This document shows, piece after piece, positions 7,765-18,404 of a stretch of DNA of 34,961 nucleotides; positions within the stretch are counted from its first letter, which is position 1; each line of letters opens with the position of its first letter. The notes beneath the pieces were generated by a model, which was not told the DNA's origin, did no database searches, and worked only from the letters and a program-made list of their open reading frames with translations. A program made the translations under genes and the position numbers. The DNA comes from Smithella sp. (GTDB lineage Bacteria > Desulfobacterota > Syntrophia > Syntrophales > Smithellaceae), in the NCBI GenBank assembly GCA_039679815.1, contig JBDKUG010000119.1:1-34961 (forward strand), written 5' to 3'.

Positions 7765-9468
7765 TTGGAATACCAGGTTTTAGCGCGAAAATTCCGACCG
7801 CAAAAATTTGACGATGTTACGGGGCAGGAGCCTGTGGTCCGGACGCTCAGCAATGCAATCGCCCAGGGACGCATCGGGCACGCATTTCTTTTCGCCGGTC
7901 CGCGCGGTGTCGGGAAAACGTCTGTGGCACGCATTCTGGCCAAGTCGCTCAATTGCGAACAGGGGCCGACAGCGACGCCCTGCAACGTCTGTCCGAACTG
8001 CCGCGAAATTACGGACGGAAACTCGATGGATGTGCGCGAAATCGATGGCGCCTCCAACCGCGGCATCGACGAAATCCGCGAACTGCGGGAAAATGTCAAA
8101 TTCGCGCCGGCTGCCTCCAAATATAAAATCTACATTATCGATGAAGTTCACATGCTGACGCGCGAAGCGTTCAATGCGCTCTTAAAGACACTCGAAGAGC
8201 CTCCGGCGCATGTCATTTTTATCTTCGCCACAACGGAAAATCACAAGGTGCCGGCCACGATTTTGTCGCGCTGCCAGTGCTATGATTTCCGCCGTATATC
8301 GCTGGGCCAGATCGCAGCCAATTTAGGCAAAGTTGCCGCGGCCGAAGGCATTACGATCAGTCCCGCGGCGCTTTCCTGGATTGCCGAAGCGGGTGACGGA
8401 AGCATGCGCGACGCCCAGAGTATTTTTGATCAGGTCATTGCCTATGCCGGTTTGAATATTTCAGATGACGACGTGGAAGACATCCTGGGACTGGCCGACC
8501 GCAAGTACCTGTACCGTCTTTCCGAGGCTGTTTTGTCGCGCAGCGCAGGCACCTGCCTGACGATCCTGGAAGAAGCCTACCTCGCCGGGATTGATATGAA
8601 ACACTTTTACACAATGCTTTTGAGGCATTTCCGCAATCTGCTGCTGGTCAAAATCGCCGCGGACGACAGTTCATCTTTCGATATTCCTCCGGAACAGGTT
8701 GAAAAACTGAAGGGACAGACGCTGAATGTTTCCCGCGAAACGTTGCAGCGTTATCTGGACATTCTGCTTTCCGAAGCCGACAGCCTGCGCCGCAGCCAGG
8801 AAGTGCGGATGAAAATGGAAACCATCCTGGTCAGAATGGCATACCTGGAGCCGGTTCTTCCGGTGGGAGAAATTCTGGCGGCTCTCGAATCCATGGAGCA
8901 AAAGCTCCAAAACGGAATGCCGTCCGGAGACAGGATGGATCATGTGCCCAATGCCCCGAAACAGCCCTCCGTGTTGCAGCCGGCCGTCGTTGAGCAATCA
9001 ACCGACGGACCCCGGCCGAAGCCAATGCCGGTGGATACGACGATCCATCATGCCGGGAAGCCTGTATCGGGAGACGACTTGAAAAAGTTTATCCAAAGGG
9101 AAAATCCGCCGCTGGGGGCAAAAATTGAAGCTGCTGAAGTTCTGGGATTTGAAAACGGTTGTTTAACCCTGGGCTTTCCCAAGGGTTATCTTTTTATTGA
9201 CAGCATTATGGAAAAGACACAAAAAGAAGAACTGGAAAGAATTGCGGGGATTTATTATTCACAAAATGTTTCCCTGTCGGTTCAAACCATAGATTCGCCA
9301 AAGACAAACGGCAATGGCGGAAGCGCTCGCGGCATCAGGGCCAATAACATGAACGATATCAGACGTGAAGCCATGAATAATCCGTTGTTTCAGAAAGTGC
9401 TGGCCCAGTTTGAAGGGGCTGAATTGATAGAAATTAAACCAATTACTGATAAAAAACAGGGGGGATAA
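7765..9468 (+). CDS. dnaX: DNA polymerase III subunit gamma/tau
   Basis: LARKFRPQKF, Walker A GPRGVGKT, Zn Cys cluster, IIDEVHML, FNALLKTLEEPP and SRC motifs. TTG start with GAGGT SD. Confidence 0.97.
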   Translation: MEYQVLARKFRPQKFDDVTGQEPVVRTLSNAIAQGRIGHAFLFAGPRGVGKTSVARILAKSLNCEQGPTATPCNVCPNCREITDGNSMDVREIDGASNRGIDEIRELRENVKFAPAASKYKIYIIDEVHMLTREAFNALLKTLEEPPAHVIFIFATTENHKVPATILSRCQCYDFRRISLGQIAANLGKVAAAEGITISPAALSWIAEAGDGSMRDAQSIFDQVIAYAGLNISDDDVEDILGLADRKYLYRLSEAVLSRSAGTCLTILEEAYLAGIDMKHFYTMLLRHFRNLLLVKIAADDSSSFDIPPEQVEKLKGQTLNVSRETLQRYLDILLSEADSLRRSQEVRMKMETILVRMAYLEPVLPVGEILAALESMEQKLQNGMPSGDRMDHVPNAPKQPSVLQPAVVEQSTDGPRPKPMPVDTTIHHAGKPVSGDDLKKFIQRENPPLGAKIEAAEVLGFENGCLTLGFPKGYLFIDSIMEKTQKEELERIAGIYYSQNVSLSVQTIDSPKTNGNGGSARGIRANNMNDIRREAMNNPLFQKVLAQFEGAELIEIKPITDKKQGG

Positions 9469-9472
9469 GCAA

Positions 9473-9787
9473 GTGCACAACATCGGAAACATTGTAAAAC
9501 AGGCAAAAAAAATGCAGGAAAAAATGGGTCGGCTCCAGGAAGAACTGGCCCTCAAAACGATTGAAGCGCAGTCCGGCGGCGGCATGGTAAAGGTGACCGT
9601 GAACGGTAAGTTTGAAATCGTTTCTCTGAAAATCGAGAAAGAAGTTGTCAACCCTGAAGACATTGACATGCTGCAGGATCTGATTGCGGCGGCTGTGAAT
9701 GAGGGCATTCGCAAATCGCAGGAAATGGCTTCTTCGGAAATGGCCAAGATTACAGGCGGGTTGAACCTTCCCGGTATGGGCATGTAA
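9473..9787 (+). CDS. ybaB: YbaB/EbfC nucleoid-associated protein
   Basis: [10 protein letters not shown]...SGGGMVKVT...[13 protein letters not shown], located between dnaX and recR. Confidence 0.95.
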   Translation: MHNIGNIVKQAKKMQEKMGRLQEELALKTIEAQSGGGMVKVTVNGKFEIVSLKIEKEVVNPEDIDMLQDLIAAAVNEGIRKSQEMASSEMAKITGGLNLPGMGM

Positions 9788-9795
9788 GGCGACCC

Positions 9796-10395
9796 ATGAA
9801 ATCATACGCACAACCCATCAAACGCCTGATTGATGAACTGGCCAAACTTCCCGGAATCGGGGCAAAGACGGCGGCCCGGCTGGCCAATTATATACTGCGC
9901 GCCACTCCGGATGACGTTGAGAAACTGGCGGAAAGCCTGGTCGAGGTGAAACGCCGAATCCGGCTTTGCAGTATCTGCCTCAATCCGACGGAAGAAGATG
10001 TCTGTCACATTTGCCGGAATTCTGAACGCGACCAGCACGTGATCTGCGTGGTGGAAGAGCCGGATGCCCTTGCCGCCATTGAAGAAAGCGGTGTTTTCCA
10101 CGGAACCTATCATGTTCTGCACGGTGCGCTGGCACCGCTTGACGGTATCGGACCGGAGCATCTGCGCCTCGGTGAATTACAGAAAAGAATCAGCGAGGGT
10201 CATGTTGAGGAACTGATTCTGGCCACGAATCCCAATGTTCATGGTGAATCCACGGCACTCTTAATTACCCGGATGTTCAAGGATTCGAACATCCGGATTA
10301 CGCGCATTGCCACGGGCGTCCCCATGGGTGGCGATTTGAAGTATGTGGATAAGATGACGATATCGAAGTCGCTGGAATTCCGGCGGGGCATGTGA
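9796..10395 (+). CDS. recR: Recombination mediator RecR
   Basis: Hh[16 protein letters not shown]4 zinc finger and Toprim domain (ICVVEE; YHVLHG; [13 protein letters not shown]). Confidence 0.97.
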   Translation: MKSYAQPIKRLIDELAKLPGIGAKTAARLANYILRATPDDVEKLAESLVEVKRRIRLCSICLNPTEEDVCHICRNSERDQHVICVVEEPDALAAIEESGVFHGTYHVLHGALAPLDGIGPEHLRLGELQKRISEGHVEELILATNPNVHGESTALLITRMFKDSNIRITRIATGVPMGGDLKYVDKMTISKSLEFRRGM

Positions 10396-10518
10396 TGCCC
10401 TTTCGCATGCTTCGGCTAACTTTGTTGGCAGCGTCGTCGGCTTCCTCAACGTATTTTCGTATACGCCTGCGGAGCCTCCTCCTAGCCGCCTCGTTATCCT
10501 TTGCATGCAAAAGGGCAT
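10395..10518. repeat. MITE/REP-like palindromic element (~124 bp)
   Basis: Terminal inverted repeats ATGCCCTTTCGCATGC (10395-10410)/GCATGCAAAAGGGCAT (10503-10518), 15 of 16 matching, with nested inner hairpins (CGTAT-TTTCGT-ATACG). Confidence 0.65.
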
Positions 10519-10562
10519 TAAGTTGAGGAGAAACATCTCTCCTCTGACTGTTTTAAGGCGTC

Positions 10563-11450
10563 ATGGAGAACAGTTTTATGGACACAGAAATTAAAACAAC
10601 AACAACTGTACGGCGGATTAACACAAAACGCATTACCGGGGCTGTCCGGAAATTGTTTATTGAAGCCAATCGTAATTTGGGACCGGACGTGGTTTGCTCT
10701 CTGCGCTCCGCCCTGAAGCGGGAAGAATCGCCCATCGGAAGACAGGTGCTTTCGAAAATACTCCAGAACGCCGACATCGCCTGCCGGGACGCAATGCCGA
10801 TTTGTCAGGATACCGGCCTGGCGGTTTTGTTTGTCGAGGCAGGTCAGGACGTCCGTATCGTTGGCGGGAGCTTGCACGATGCCCTTGAAGAAGGGGTGCG
10901 GCAGGCCTACAGGGAAGGTTATCTTCGCAAATCTCTTTGTGATCCCCTTACCAGAACCAATACTAAGGACAATACTCCCGCGGTCATCCACACGGATATT
11001 GTGCCCGGCAACCATTTAAAAATCATTGCCATACCCAAAGGCGGCGGCAGTGAAAACATGGGCGCCGCCCGAATGCTCACGCCTTCAGCGGGCATTGACG
11101 GCATTAAACAATTTGTCCTGGAAACCGTGGAAAAAGCAGGGGCCAATCCGTGCCCGCCAATTATCGTAGGTGTCGGTATAGGCGGATCGCTTGATCAGGC
11201 CTGCATCCTGGCGAAAAAAGCACTTTTAAGGAAACTGGGAAAAAAGAACCAGAAGGACAAACGGCTGGCGACGTTGGAAAAAGAACTTTTTGAAAACATC
11301 AATAAAACAGGCATAGGTCCCGCCGGAATGGGCGGCAGGGTAACGACCCTGGGGGTTCATGCAGAGATGATGCCCTGCCATATCGCCTCACTGCCGGTGG
11401 CGGTGAACATTCAGTGTCATGTTGCCCGACATAAAGAGACGACTTTGTGA
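10563..11450 (+). CDS. Class I fumarate hydratase / Fe-S hydro-lyase, alpha subunit
   Basis: PICQDTG, KGGGSEN, GANPCPP and [16 protein letters not shown] motifs. The start may be ATG 10578 (GGAGA SD). Confidence 0.92.
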   Translation: MENSFMDTEIKTTTTVRRINTKRITGAVRKLFIEANRNLGPDVVCSLRSALKREESPIGRQVLSKILQNADIACRDAMPICQDTGLAVLFVEAGQDVRIVGGSLHDALEEGVRQAYREGYLRKSLCDPLTRTNTKDNTPAVIHTDIVPGNHLKIIAIPKGGGSENMGAARMLTPSAGIDGIKQFVLETVEKAGANPCPPIIVGVGIGGSLDQACILAKKALLRKLGKKNQKDKRLATLEKELFENINKTGIGPAGMGGRVTTLGVHAEMMPCHIASLPVAVNIQCHVARHKETTL

Positions 11451-11471
11451 AAAGTCTCCATGCGGAGTTTA

Positions 11472-11646
11472 CCCCGGCATAGAGATTGTGTAGTAATTCA
11501 TTCTCATGTCATTTCGAAGCGAAGCGAGAAATCTTTTTTCAATAACTACAATGCATTAAGATTCCTCACATACGTTCGGAACGCGTGACCTGAAAGGTTA
11601 TGACACTTTTTCTAATTGCGAAACAGCCTCCGAGCCGGGAATGACG
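11472..11646. repeat. Nested palindromic repeat elements between the hydratase subunits
   Basis: Outer CCCGGC...GCCGGG arms. Middle imperfect TIRs GAGATTGTGTAGTAATT (11482-11498)/AATTGCGAAACAGCCTC (11614-11630). Inner TGTCATTTCGAAGCGAAGCGAGAAATCT...AGATTCCTCACATACGTTCGGAA..ATGACA. Confidence 0.55.
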
Positions 11647-11658
11647 AGAGAAAGAAAA

Positions 11659-12222
11659 ATGACAACGACACGAAAAATTGAAACACCTCTGACAAAAGAA
11701 ATTATCACTTCGCTTCGTGCCGGTGATATGGTTTTGTTAAGCGGTGAAGTTTACACGGCCAGGGACGCGGCACACAGGCGAATGTATGATGCGTTAAAGA
11801 AGGGCCTTGTTCTGCCGATTGATTTATCGACAGTAACTCTTTTCTACGCCGCTCCATCGCCCGCTCCGCCGGGCAGGGTGATCGGCTCGATCGGTCCGAC
11901 AACCAGCTACCGGATGGATACGTTCACGCCTGCGTTCATCGAACATGGACTCAAAGGAATGATCGGCAAAGGCGGCCGGTCTCCGGAGGTGGTCAAAGCG
12001 ATCCGTCGGTACAAAGCGGTTTATTTCGGTGCGATCGGCGGGATCGCCGCCCTGACAGCCCGGTGTGTAAAAAAAGTGGAACCGGTTGCCTATGAAGATC
12101 TGGGACCGGAGGCAATCCGAAAGCTCACCGTCGCCGATCTGCCGCTTATCGTCATCAATGATTCACGAGGCAACGATCTGTACCTGTCTGAACAGAGCAA
12201 GTGGCGTATTCTTTCGAAATAA
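11659..12222 (+). CDS. Class I fumarate hydratase / Fe-S hydro-lyase, beta subunit
   Basis: LRAGDMVLLSGEVYTARDAAH, GPTTSYRMD, MIGKG and EDLGPEAI motifs. ATG 11641 falls inside the repeat, so 11659 is preferred. Confidence 0.92.
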   Translation: MTTTRKIETPLTKEIITSLRAGDMVLLSGEVYTARDAAHRRMYDALKKGLVLPIDLSTVTLFYAAPSPAPPGRVIGSIGPTTSYRMDTFTPAFIEHGLKGMIGKGGRSPEVVKAIRRYKAVYFGAIGGIAALTARCVKKVEPVAYEDLGPEAIRKLTVADLPLIVINDSRGNDLYLSEQSKWRILSK

Positions 12223-12321
12223 AGCTCCCGACAGATAAAATGAAAAAATATTGACTCGAAAAAATTTCTATAATAAGGGTGGTTTTTATTTTTTACAGAT
12301 AATGAAGGAGATCGTAATATA

Positions 12322-12870
12322 ATGATCGAAGTAAGATGGCATGGACGGGGCGGTCAGGGAGCAGTAACATCCGTGGAATTACTGGCAGTAGCTGCAATTG
12401 CCGCGGGAAAATACGCTCAGGGATTTCCGAGTTTCGGTCCGGAGAGAAGAGGGGCGCCGGTTGCTGCGTTTACACGCATTGATGATAAAAAAATCAATGT
12501 CCGTTCGGGCATTTATGAACCGGATGTCGTGCTGGTGCTCGACTCCAGCCTGATCGGTCTGGTTAACGTCACAGATGGTTTAAAATCCAACGGAAAATTA
12601 ATCGTCAACACGCCTAAAACACCCGAAGAAATCCGCAAGGAATTAAATTTCGGCGGTACGGTCGCCACCGTTGACGGCACCGGCATCGCGCGCAAGGAAA
12701 TGGGCGTGCCCATTGCCAATACGACCATGATCGGAGCGCTGCTCAAAGTGATCGGCATCATGGAGCTGGACGCGATGAAGGAAGCCATTGAACACCGGTT
12801 CGGCAGAATCGCCCAGAAGAATCTCAACGCAATGAAACGGGCTTTCGACGAAATCAAAATAAGCAATTAA
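12322..12870 (+). CDS. porC: Pyruvate/2-oxoacid:ferredoxin oxidoreductase gamma subunit
   Basis: EVRWHGRGGQGAVT and FPSFGPERRGAPV motifs. GGAG SD. Confidence 0.93.
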   Translation: MIEVRWHGRGGQGAVTSVELLAVAAIAAGKYAQGFPSFGPERRGAPVAAFTRIDDKKINVRSGIYEPDVVLVLDSSLIGLVNVTDGLKSNGKLIVNTPKTPEEIRKELNFGGTVATVDGTGIARKEMGVPIANTTMIGALLKVIGIMELDAMKEAIEHRFGRIAQKNLNAMKRAFDEIKISN

Positions 12871-12884
12871 GGGGTATATCCATT

Positions 12885-13163
12885 ATGGCATTGAAAACAT
12901 GGAAAGAGCTTCCCATAGGATGTGTTGTATCCGAGCCGGGCAGCGCCAGTGAATATCATACGGGCAGTTGGCGGTCGCAGCGACCTGTCTGGAATGACAC
13001 GAAATGCATCAAGTGCGGCATCTGTTATGTCTATTGTCCGGAGGGTTGCGTACAGCAGAGCGAGGATGGCTTTTTCCAGGCAAATCTGGATTATTGCAAG
13101 GGCTGCGGAATCTGCGCACACGAATGCTGGCCGCACGCGATATCGATGGTAGAGGAGGGATAA
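12885..13163 (+). CDS. porD: Pyruvate/2-oxoacid:ferredoxin oxidoreductase delta subunit (2x[4Fe-4S])
   Basis: TGSWRSQRP, CIKCGICYVYCP and YCKGCGICAHEC motifs. Confidence 0.93.
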   Translation: MALKTWKELPIGCVVSEPGSASEYHTGSWRSQRPVWNDTKCIKCGICYVYCPEGCVQQSEDGFFQANLDYCKGCGICAHECWPHAISMVEEG

Positions 13164-13164
13164 C

Positions 13165-14340
13165 ATGGGCAAGCGCATTGGAATGGAAGTGGCAGTTGCC
13201 GTCGCGGAAGCCGTGGGACTTTGCAATATCGACATGGCGGCCGTTTATCCCATTACCCCCCAGTCGCACATCGCGGAACATCTTTCCGATCTGGTTGCCG
13301 ACGGCAGGATAGACGCGGAATTCGTTACGGTCGAGTCCGAACATTCTGCCATGAGCGCGGTCATCGGCGCCTCCGGAGCCGGAGCACGCTCCTACACCGC
13401 AACCAGTTCTCAGGGACTGATGTATATGCATGAACTGCTGCCCATTGCCTCGGCGATGCGGCTGCCGATATGCATGGCCATTGCCAACCGGGCAGTGTCC
13501 GGTCCCCTGAATATTTTAAATGATCATACGGATATTATGCCCCAGCGAGATTCCGGCTGGATTTCCATCTTTGTGGAAAACGGACAGGAAGCAATCGACA
13601 TGTCGATTATATCTTTTAAAATCGCCGAGCATAAAGATGTCATGCTGCCGGTCAATGTCAATATTGACGGTTTTCAGCTGACCCACATGGTTGAGCCTTT
13701 TGAAATGCCCACCCAGGAAGAGGTCAACCAATTCCTGCCGCCGTTTGTCCCCCACGCAACGCTTCATCCCTCAAAGCCGGTAACCATGGGCGCTTTTGCC
13801 ATGTCCGACTACTTTGCAGAAATCATGAAGGCCAAAGATGAAGCTCTTAAAAATTCCAAAAAAGTTATTGTAGACGTCTGGGACGAATGGGGCAGATTGT
13901 TCGGCCGCAATTACAAACCAGTCGAAACATACCACGTAGAGGATGCGGATGTCTTGATGCTGACGATGGGGTCCATGGGTGAGACCGCGCAGATCGCCAT
14001 CGACGAGCTTCGCGCCAAGGGCGTAAAGGCCGGTCTGGTAAAATTGCGGCTGTGGCGGCCTTTCCCGCTGGCCGAAATCAAAGCCGTTTTAAAAAACGTG
14101 AAGAAACTGATTGTGACCGACCGCGCCATATCGTTTGGCGGTCCCGGCGGCCCGGTGTTTTCGGAAATCAAGTCGGCCCTTTATGCCGAAGCGAAGCGTC
14201 CCCTGATTTACAATTACATTTACGGACTGGGTGGACGCGACATGGCTGTTAAAGATTTTGCCGGCATGTTTGAAAAGGTTCTGGCCGACACAACAAACCA
14301 GGAATCAGATACGTATGAATTTTGGGGAGTGAGAGAATAA
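13165..14340 (+). CDS. porA: Pyruvate/2-oxoacid:ferredoxin oxidoreductase alpha subunit
   Basis: YPITPQS, VESEHSAMS, TATSSQGL, NRA and LWRPFP motifs. Confidence 0.94.
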   Translation: MGKRIGMEVAVAVAEAVGLCNIDMAAVYPITPQSHIAEHLSDLVADGRIDAEFVTVESEHSAMSAVIGASGAGARSYTATSSQGLMYMHELLPIASAMRLPICMAIANRAVSGPLNILNDHTDIMPQRDSGWISIFVENGQEAIDMSIISFKIAEHKDVMLPVNVNIDGFQLTHMVEPFEMPTQEEVNQFLPPFVPHATLHPSKPVTMGAFAMSDYFAEIMKAKDEALKNSKKVIVDVWDEWGRLFGRNYKPVETYHVEDADVLMLTMGSMGETAQIAIDELRAKGVKAGLVKLRLWRPFPLAEIKAVLKNVKKLIVTDRAISFGGPGGPVFSEIKSALYAEAKRPLIYNYIYGLGGRDMAVKDFAGMFEKVLADTTNQESDTYEFWGVRE

Positions 14341-15284
14341 TGAATATTGTAGAGAATTTTGATTTATTTGCTCCACGGCTGATTAATAAAAAAGAGTTGC
14401 TTTCGTCCGGCCACCGCGCCTGTTCCGGCTGCGGGGAAGTTCTGGCCGTGCGTTTGATGTGCAAAGCCCTGGGTGAAAATACCGTCATCGCTTCCGCGAC
14501 AGGCTGCATGGAAATCATCTCCAGCATGTTTCCCACCACTGCCTGGGAAGTTCCCTGGATTCACGTCGCCTTTGAAAACGCGGCATCCGTCGCTTCCGGA
14601 ATAGAAGCCGGCCTGAAGGCGCTGCGCAAGAAAGGCAAAATCGACGACCGCTATGTGAAGGTTGTCGGCATGGGCGGCGACGGCGCCACCATGGACATCG
14701 GTTTTCAGGCTCTTTCCGGAGCAATGGAGCGCGGCCATGATATGATTTATGTCTGCTTCGACAACGAAGCCTATATGAACACGGGCATTCAGCGCTCCAG
14801 CGGCACGCCGATGGGTGCTTCCACCACCACCGCTCCGGCGGGTAAAGTCAGCATGGGGCAGAAAACGTGGAAGAAAAACATGCCTGAAATCCTGGTTGCT
14901 CACGGCATACCCTATGTTGCTACGGCCTGTCCAAGCTATCCACTTGATTTTATCAGAAAAATGGAAAAGGCCAAAAGCATTAAGGGTCCTTCATACATTC
15001 ACTGTTTTTCCATGTGTCCAACCGGATGGCGTTCTCCGTCGCATACGGCGATCTCCATGGGACGTCTGGCCGTGGAAACGGGGGCTTTTCCTCTGTATGA
15101 AGTGGAAAACGGACATTATCATCTGTCTTCGGAAATGCCGAAAAAATTCAAGCCCATTAAAGATTACTTTAAGCCTCAGGGACGATTCCGTCACCTGACC
15201 GCTGATGAAATCGAGATGATCCAGGAAAGAGTAAATATTGAATATAAGAAACTGGTGGAAAAAGCCAAGTACCTGAAGGTTTAG
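14340..15284 (+). CDS. porB: Pyruvate/2-oxoacid:ferredoxin oxidoreductase beta subunit (TPP-binding)
   Basis: GHRACSGCG, ATGC, GGDG...DNEAYMNTGIQRS and CPTGW motifs. The ATG overlaps the porA stop (TAATG). Confidence 0.94.
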   Translation: MNIVENFDLFAPRLINKKELLSSGHRACSGCGEVLAVRLMCKALGENTVIASATGCMEIISSMFPTTAWEVPWIHVAFENAASVASGIEAGLKALRKKGKIDDRYVKVVGMGGDGATMDIGFQALSGAMERGHDMIYVCFDNEAYMNTGIQRSSGTPMGASTTTAPAGKVSMGQKTWKKNMPEILVAHGIPYVATACPSYPLDFIRKMEKAKSIKGPSYIHCFSMCPTGWRSPSHTAISMGRLAVETGAFPLYEVENGHYHLSSEMPKKFKPIKDYFKPQGRFRHLTADEIEMIQERVNIEYKKLVEKAKYLKV

Positions 15285-15333
15285 GATTATAAATAAAGGG
15301 GGACTCCTTCAAGAATACCGAGGTGAAAAAAGC

Positions 15334-15819
15334 ATGACAAAAGCCAATGATATCGTGGTGAAAACAAAACAAATCGTCAAAAAGCACAAGGGCGATAAAA
15401 GCGCGCTCATTGCCGTACTTCAGGAGATGCAGGAAGTTTTCAATTATCTTCCGAAGGAAGGATTAAAGGCGGCGGCCAAAGCGATGAATGTGCCCTTTAC
15501 CCGCATGTATGAAGCGGCCACATTTTACACTGCCTTCAGTTTGAAGCCGCGCGGCAAGAATGTGGTCAAAATCTGCAAAGGAACAGCCTGTCATGTCCGC
15601 GGCGCGTCCGCCCTACAGGACAAGTTCGAACGGACATTGTGCATCAAACCTGGTGAAACGACTGCCGATGGAATGTTTTCGCTTGAGACCGTGAACTGTG
15701 TGGGTGCCTGTGCGCTGGGCCCCGTTGTGGTTATCAACACCGACTATCACGGTCAGGTGACCATGAACAAGGTAGATAAAATCATCAAGAAGATCAATGA
15801 AGAGGGGGCGCAGCAATGA
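15334..15819 (+). CDS. NuoE/HydC-like [2Fe-2S] subunit
   Basis: [24 protein letters not shown] and [11 protein letters not shown] motifs. Confidence 0.92.
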   Translation: MTKANDIVVKTKQIVKKHKGDKSALIAVLQEMQEVFNYLPKEGLKAAAKAMNVPFTRMYEAATFYTAFSLKPRGKNVVKICKGTACHVRGASALQDKFERTLCIKPGETTADGMFSLETVNCVGACALGPVVVINTDYHGQVTMNKVDKIIKKINEEGAQQ

Positions 15820-17660
15820 ACGATAATCCCGACACTCAAGCCCGCCAGATTATGGAAAAGTTGACCATCTACTATGGTCCGAAGAAAAAATTTGTGGCGA
15901 TTTGCGCCGGCACCGGATGCCGTGCTTCCGGCAGCTTCAAGGTCAAAGAAGCGTTCGAGGCCGAATTTAAAAAACAAAACATGGACGTGGATGTGCTGGC
16001 TACCGGCTGTTTGGGGTTCTGTGAAAAAGGGCCCATGGTCATCGTTCATCCCGACAAGTATTTTTATCAGCATGTAAAAGTTGAAGATGTCCCGGAAATC
16101 GTTTCCAAAACCATAGCCAACGGTGAAGTGATCAGCCGTCTGCTCTACCGTCATCCGGAAACGAAAAAAACCCTGTTTCGGGAAGAAGACCTGCCCTTTT
16201 ACAAGAAGCAGCACCGAGTGGTTTTCGGCCAAAACGGCATGATCGATCCGGGACGCATTGAAGATTATTTTGCCATCGATGGATATCAGGCACTGGCTAA
16301 AGTTCTCACCGAGATGACCCCGGAAGATGTCATCAGCGAAGTGAAGAAGGCCGGTCTTCGGGGCCGGGGAGGAGGCGGATTTCCCGCTGCCATAAAGTGG
16401 GAAGGAGTACGTAAAGCAGAAGGTTCTCCCAAATATGTCATCGCCAACGGCGATGAGGGCGATCCCGGGGCCTATATGGACCGAAGCCTTATGGAAGGCA
16501 ATCCCCACAGCGTCATTGAAGGCATGATCATCGGCGCTTACGCCGTAGGTGCGCATGACGGCTACATTTACGTGAGAAACGAATACCCTCTGGCGGTGGA
16601 GCACCTGACAAAGGCTATTGAAGTTGCACGGGAAGCGGGTCTTCTGGGCAAAAACATTTTAGGTTCGGGATTTGCTTTTGATATTCATATTAACAAAGGC
16701 GCGGGAGCATTTGTCTGCGGTGAGTCCTCTGCGCTGTTCGCTTCAATCGAAGGCCGCGCCGGCGAGCCGCGAGCTAAATACGTACACGCGGTGGAAAAAG
16801 GTCTGTGGGACAAACCCACCGTCCTCAACAACGTGGAAACCTGGGCCAATGTGCCGCTGATCATTAATAAAGGCGCGGACTGGTATGCTTCGATCGGAAC
16901 GGAAGGCTCCAAAGGAACGAAAATCTTTTCACTGGTCGGCAAGATCAACAACACGGGTCTTGTTGAAGTTCCGATGGGCACCACACTCTATGAAATTATC
17001 TACGACGTAGGCGGCGGCATTGCCAATGGCCGCAAATTCAAGGCCGTGCAGACCGGCGGTCCTTCCGGTGGCTGCATACCGGAGAGCCTGCTGGATATTC
17101 CCGTTGATTTTGATAAGCTCACCGAAATCGGATCCATGATGGGTTCCGGCGGTATGATTGTCATGGACGACAAATCCTGCATGGTCGATGTCGCCAAATA
17201 TTTTCTTGCCTTCCTGCAGGAGGAATCCTGTGGCAAGTGTGTTCCCTGCCGCGAAGGCGTTCGCCGCATGCATGATATTCTTGAAGATATCTGCGCGGGC
17301 AAAGGCAGGGAAGGAGATGTTGAAATTCTGGAAACCATGTCCCGGGCGATAGCCGACGGTTCCCTCTGTGCACTGGGCGGTTCAGCCCCGAATCCGGTTA
17401 TGAGCACGATTAAATATTTCCGGGAGGAGTATGATGCGCATATCAAAGAGCACCGCTGTCCGGCGGGTGTCTGCAAAGCGCTCATCACTTACAGCATCGA
17501 TCCGGTAAAGTGCACCGGCTGCGGTTTATGCATCAAGGTCTGCCCTGTCGAGGCGGCCTCCGGTGAAAAGAAGAAAGCTCACAGCATCGATAATGACAAG
17601 TGCACACGTTGCGGAGCCTGTATAGAAAGCTGCAAATTTGACGCAATCAATGTGAAATAA
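15816..17660 (+). CDS. NuoF/HydB (BfuB)-like FMN/NADH-binding Fe-S subunit
   Basis: N-terminal [2Fe-2S] (CAGTGC...GCLGFC), [52 protein letters not shown] and a C-terminal 2x[4Fe-4S] domain. Confidence 0.94.
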   Translation: MNDNPDTQARQIMEKLTIYYGPKKKFVAICAGTGCRASGSFKVKEAFEAEFKKQNMDVDVLATGCLGFCEKGPMVIVHPDKYFYQHVKVEDVPEIVSKTIANGEVISRLLYRHPETKKTLFREEDLPFYKKQHRVVFGQNGMIDPGRIEDYFAIDGYQALAKVLTEMTPEDVISEVKKAGLRGRGGGGFPAAIKWEGVRKAEGSPKYVIANGDEGDPGAYMDRSLMEGNPHSVIEGMIIGAYAVGAHDGYIYVRNEYPLAVEHLTKAIEVAREAGLLGKNILGSGFAFDIHINKGAGAFVCGESSALFASIEGRAGEPRAKYVHAVEKGLWDKPTVLNNVETWANVPLIINKGADWYASIGTEGSKGTKIFSLVGKINNTGLVEVPMGTTLYEIIYDVGGGIANGRKFKAVQTGGPSGGCIPESLLDIPVDFDKLTEIGSMMGSGGMIVMDDKSCMVDVAKYFLAFLQEESCGKCVPCREGVRRMHDILEDICAGKGREGDVEILETMSRAIADGSLCALGGSAPNPVMSTIKYFREEYDAHIKEHRCPAGVCKALITYSIDPVKCTGCGLCIKVCPVEAASGEKKKAHSIDNDKCTRCGACIESCKFDAINVK

Positions 17661-17674
17661 AGGTAGGATAAACC

Positions 17675-18388
17675 ATGGTAAATATGATTATTGACGGAAA
17701 AAATGTGTCGGCGAAGAAAGGCACAATGCTTCTGGAAGCCATCCGTGGCGCCGGCATTTCGGTTCCCACCCTTTGCGCGCATGAAGCCGTGACCCGGTCA
17801 GGCGCCTGCAGGCTGTGCGTGGTGGAAATCAGGAAAGGCAACCGGACACGGATTGTCACCTCCTGCCTCTATGGCGTGGAAGACGGCTTGGTGATTGATA
17901 CGAGAAGTGACCGCGTCCTTAATGTTCGCAGGCTGGTCATGGAATTGCTGCTGGCGCGTTGCCCCGAATCCGAACTGCTGCAAAAGATGGCCAAAGAGAT
18001 GGGTGTGGAAACCCAACCGCGCTATGTCGCCGATACGGATAAAGGCAAGTGCATCTTGTGCCGTTCCTGTGTGCGCGTGTGTGAAGAAGTCGTAGGCGTA
18101 AGCGCAATCGGGCTTTTTTCCCGCGGTTCTTTCAAGACCGTAGGTACACCGTACAACGAAAAGTCGGATGTCTGCATCGGCTGCGGAGCCTGTGTATACG
18201 TCTGCCCCACCGGTCATATCGAAATGACATCGACAGGCGACAAACGCAAAATCTGGGGTCGCACCTTTAAAATGCAGACCTGCGAAAAATGCGGTAAATT
18301 CTTCGCCCCCGTGGATCAGTTGAAGTTCATCAGCAAAAAAACCGGTGTTCCCTACAAAGAATTGACCACCTGCACGGAATGCCGCTGA
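17675..18388 (+). CDS. Short NuoG/HydA N-terminus-like Fe-S protein (no H-cluster or Mo-pterin domain)
   Basis: PTLC...GACRLC...TSC [2Fe-2S], CILCRSCVRVC and CIGCGACVYVCP [4Fe-4S], and C-terminal CEKC...CTEC. Only 237 aa. Confidence 0.9.
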   Translation: MVNMIIDGKNVSAKKGTMLLEAIRGAGISVPTLCAHEAVTRSGACRLCVVEIRKGNRTRIVTSCLYGVEDGLVIDTRSDRVLNVRRLVMELLLARCPESELLQKMAKEMGVETQPRYVADTDKGKCILCRSCVRVCEEVVGVSAIGLFSRGSFKTVGTPYNEKSDVCIGCGACVYVCPTGHIEMTSTGDKRKIWGRTFKMQTCEKCGKFFAPVDQLKFISKKTGVPYKELTTCTECR

Positions 18389-18404
18389 GCATATTTCCTG
18401 ATTC

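Noticed and set aside
8900-9260. dnaX -1 programmed frameshift site
   Set aside because: No A AAA AAG heptamer or long A-run was seen, only 5-A runs.
12251-12274. TTGACT...TATAAT promoter upstream of porC
   Set aside because: The spacer is only 12 nt. A promoter is likely in this region, but this pairing is unsupported.
15334-18388. Respiratory complex I nuoEFG or an [FeFe]-hydrogenase
   Set aside because: There are no other nuo genes, and the third subunit lacks H-cluster motifs and the NuoG C-terminal domain.
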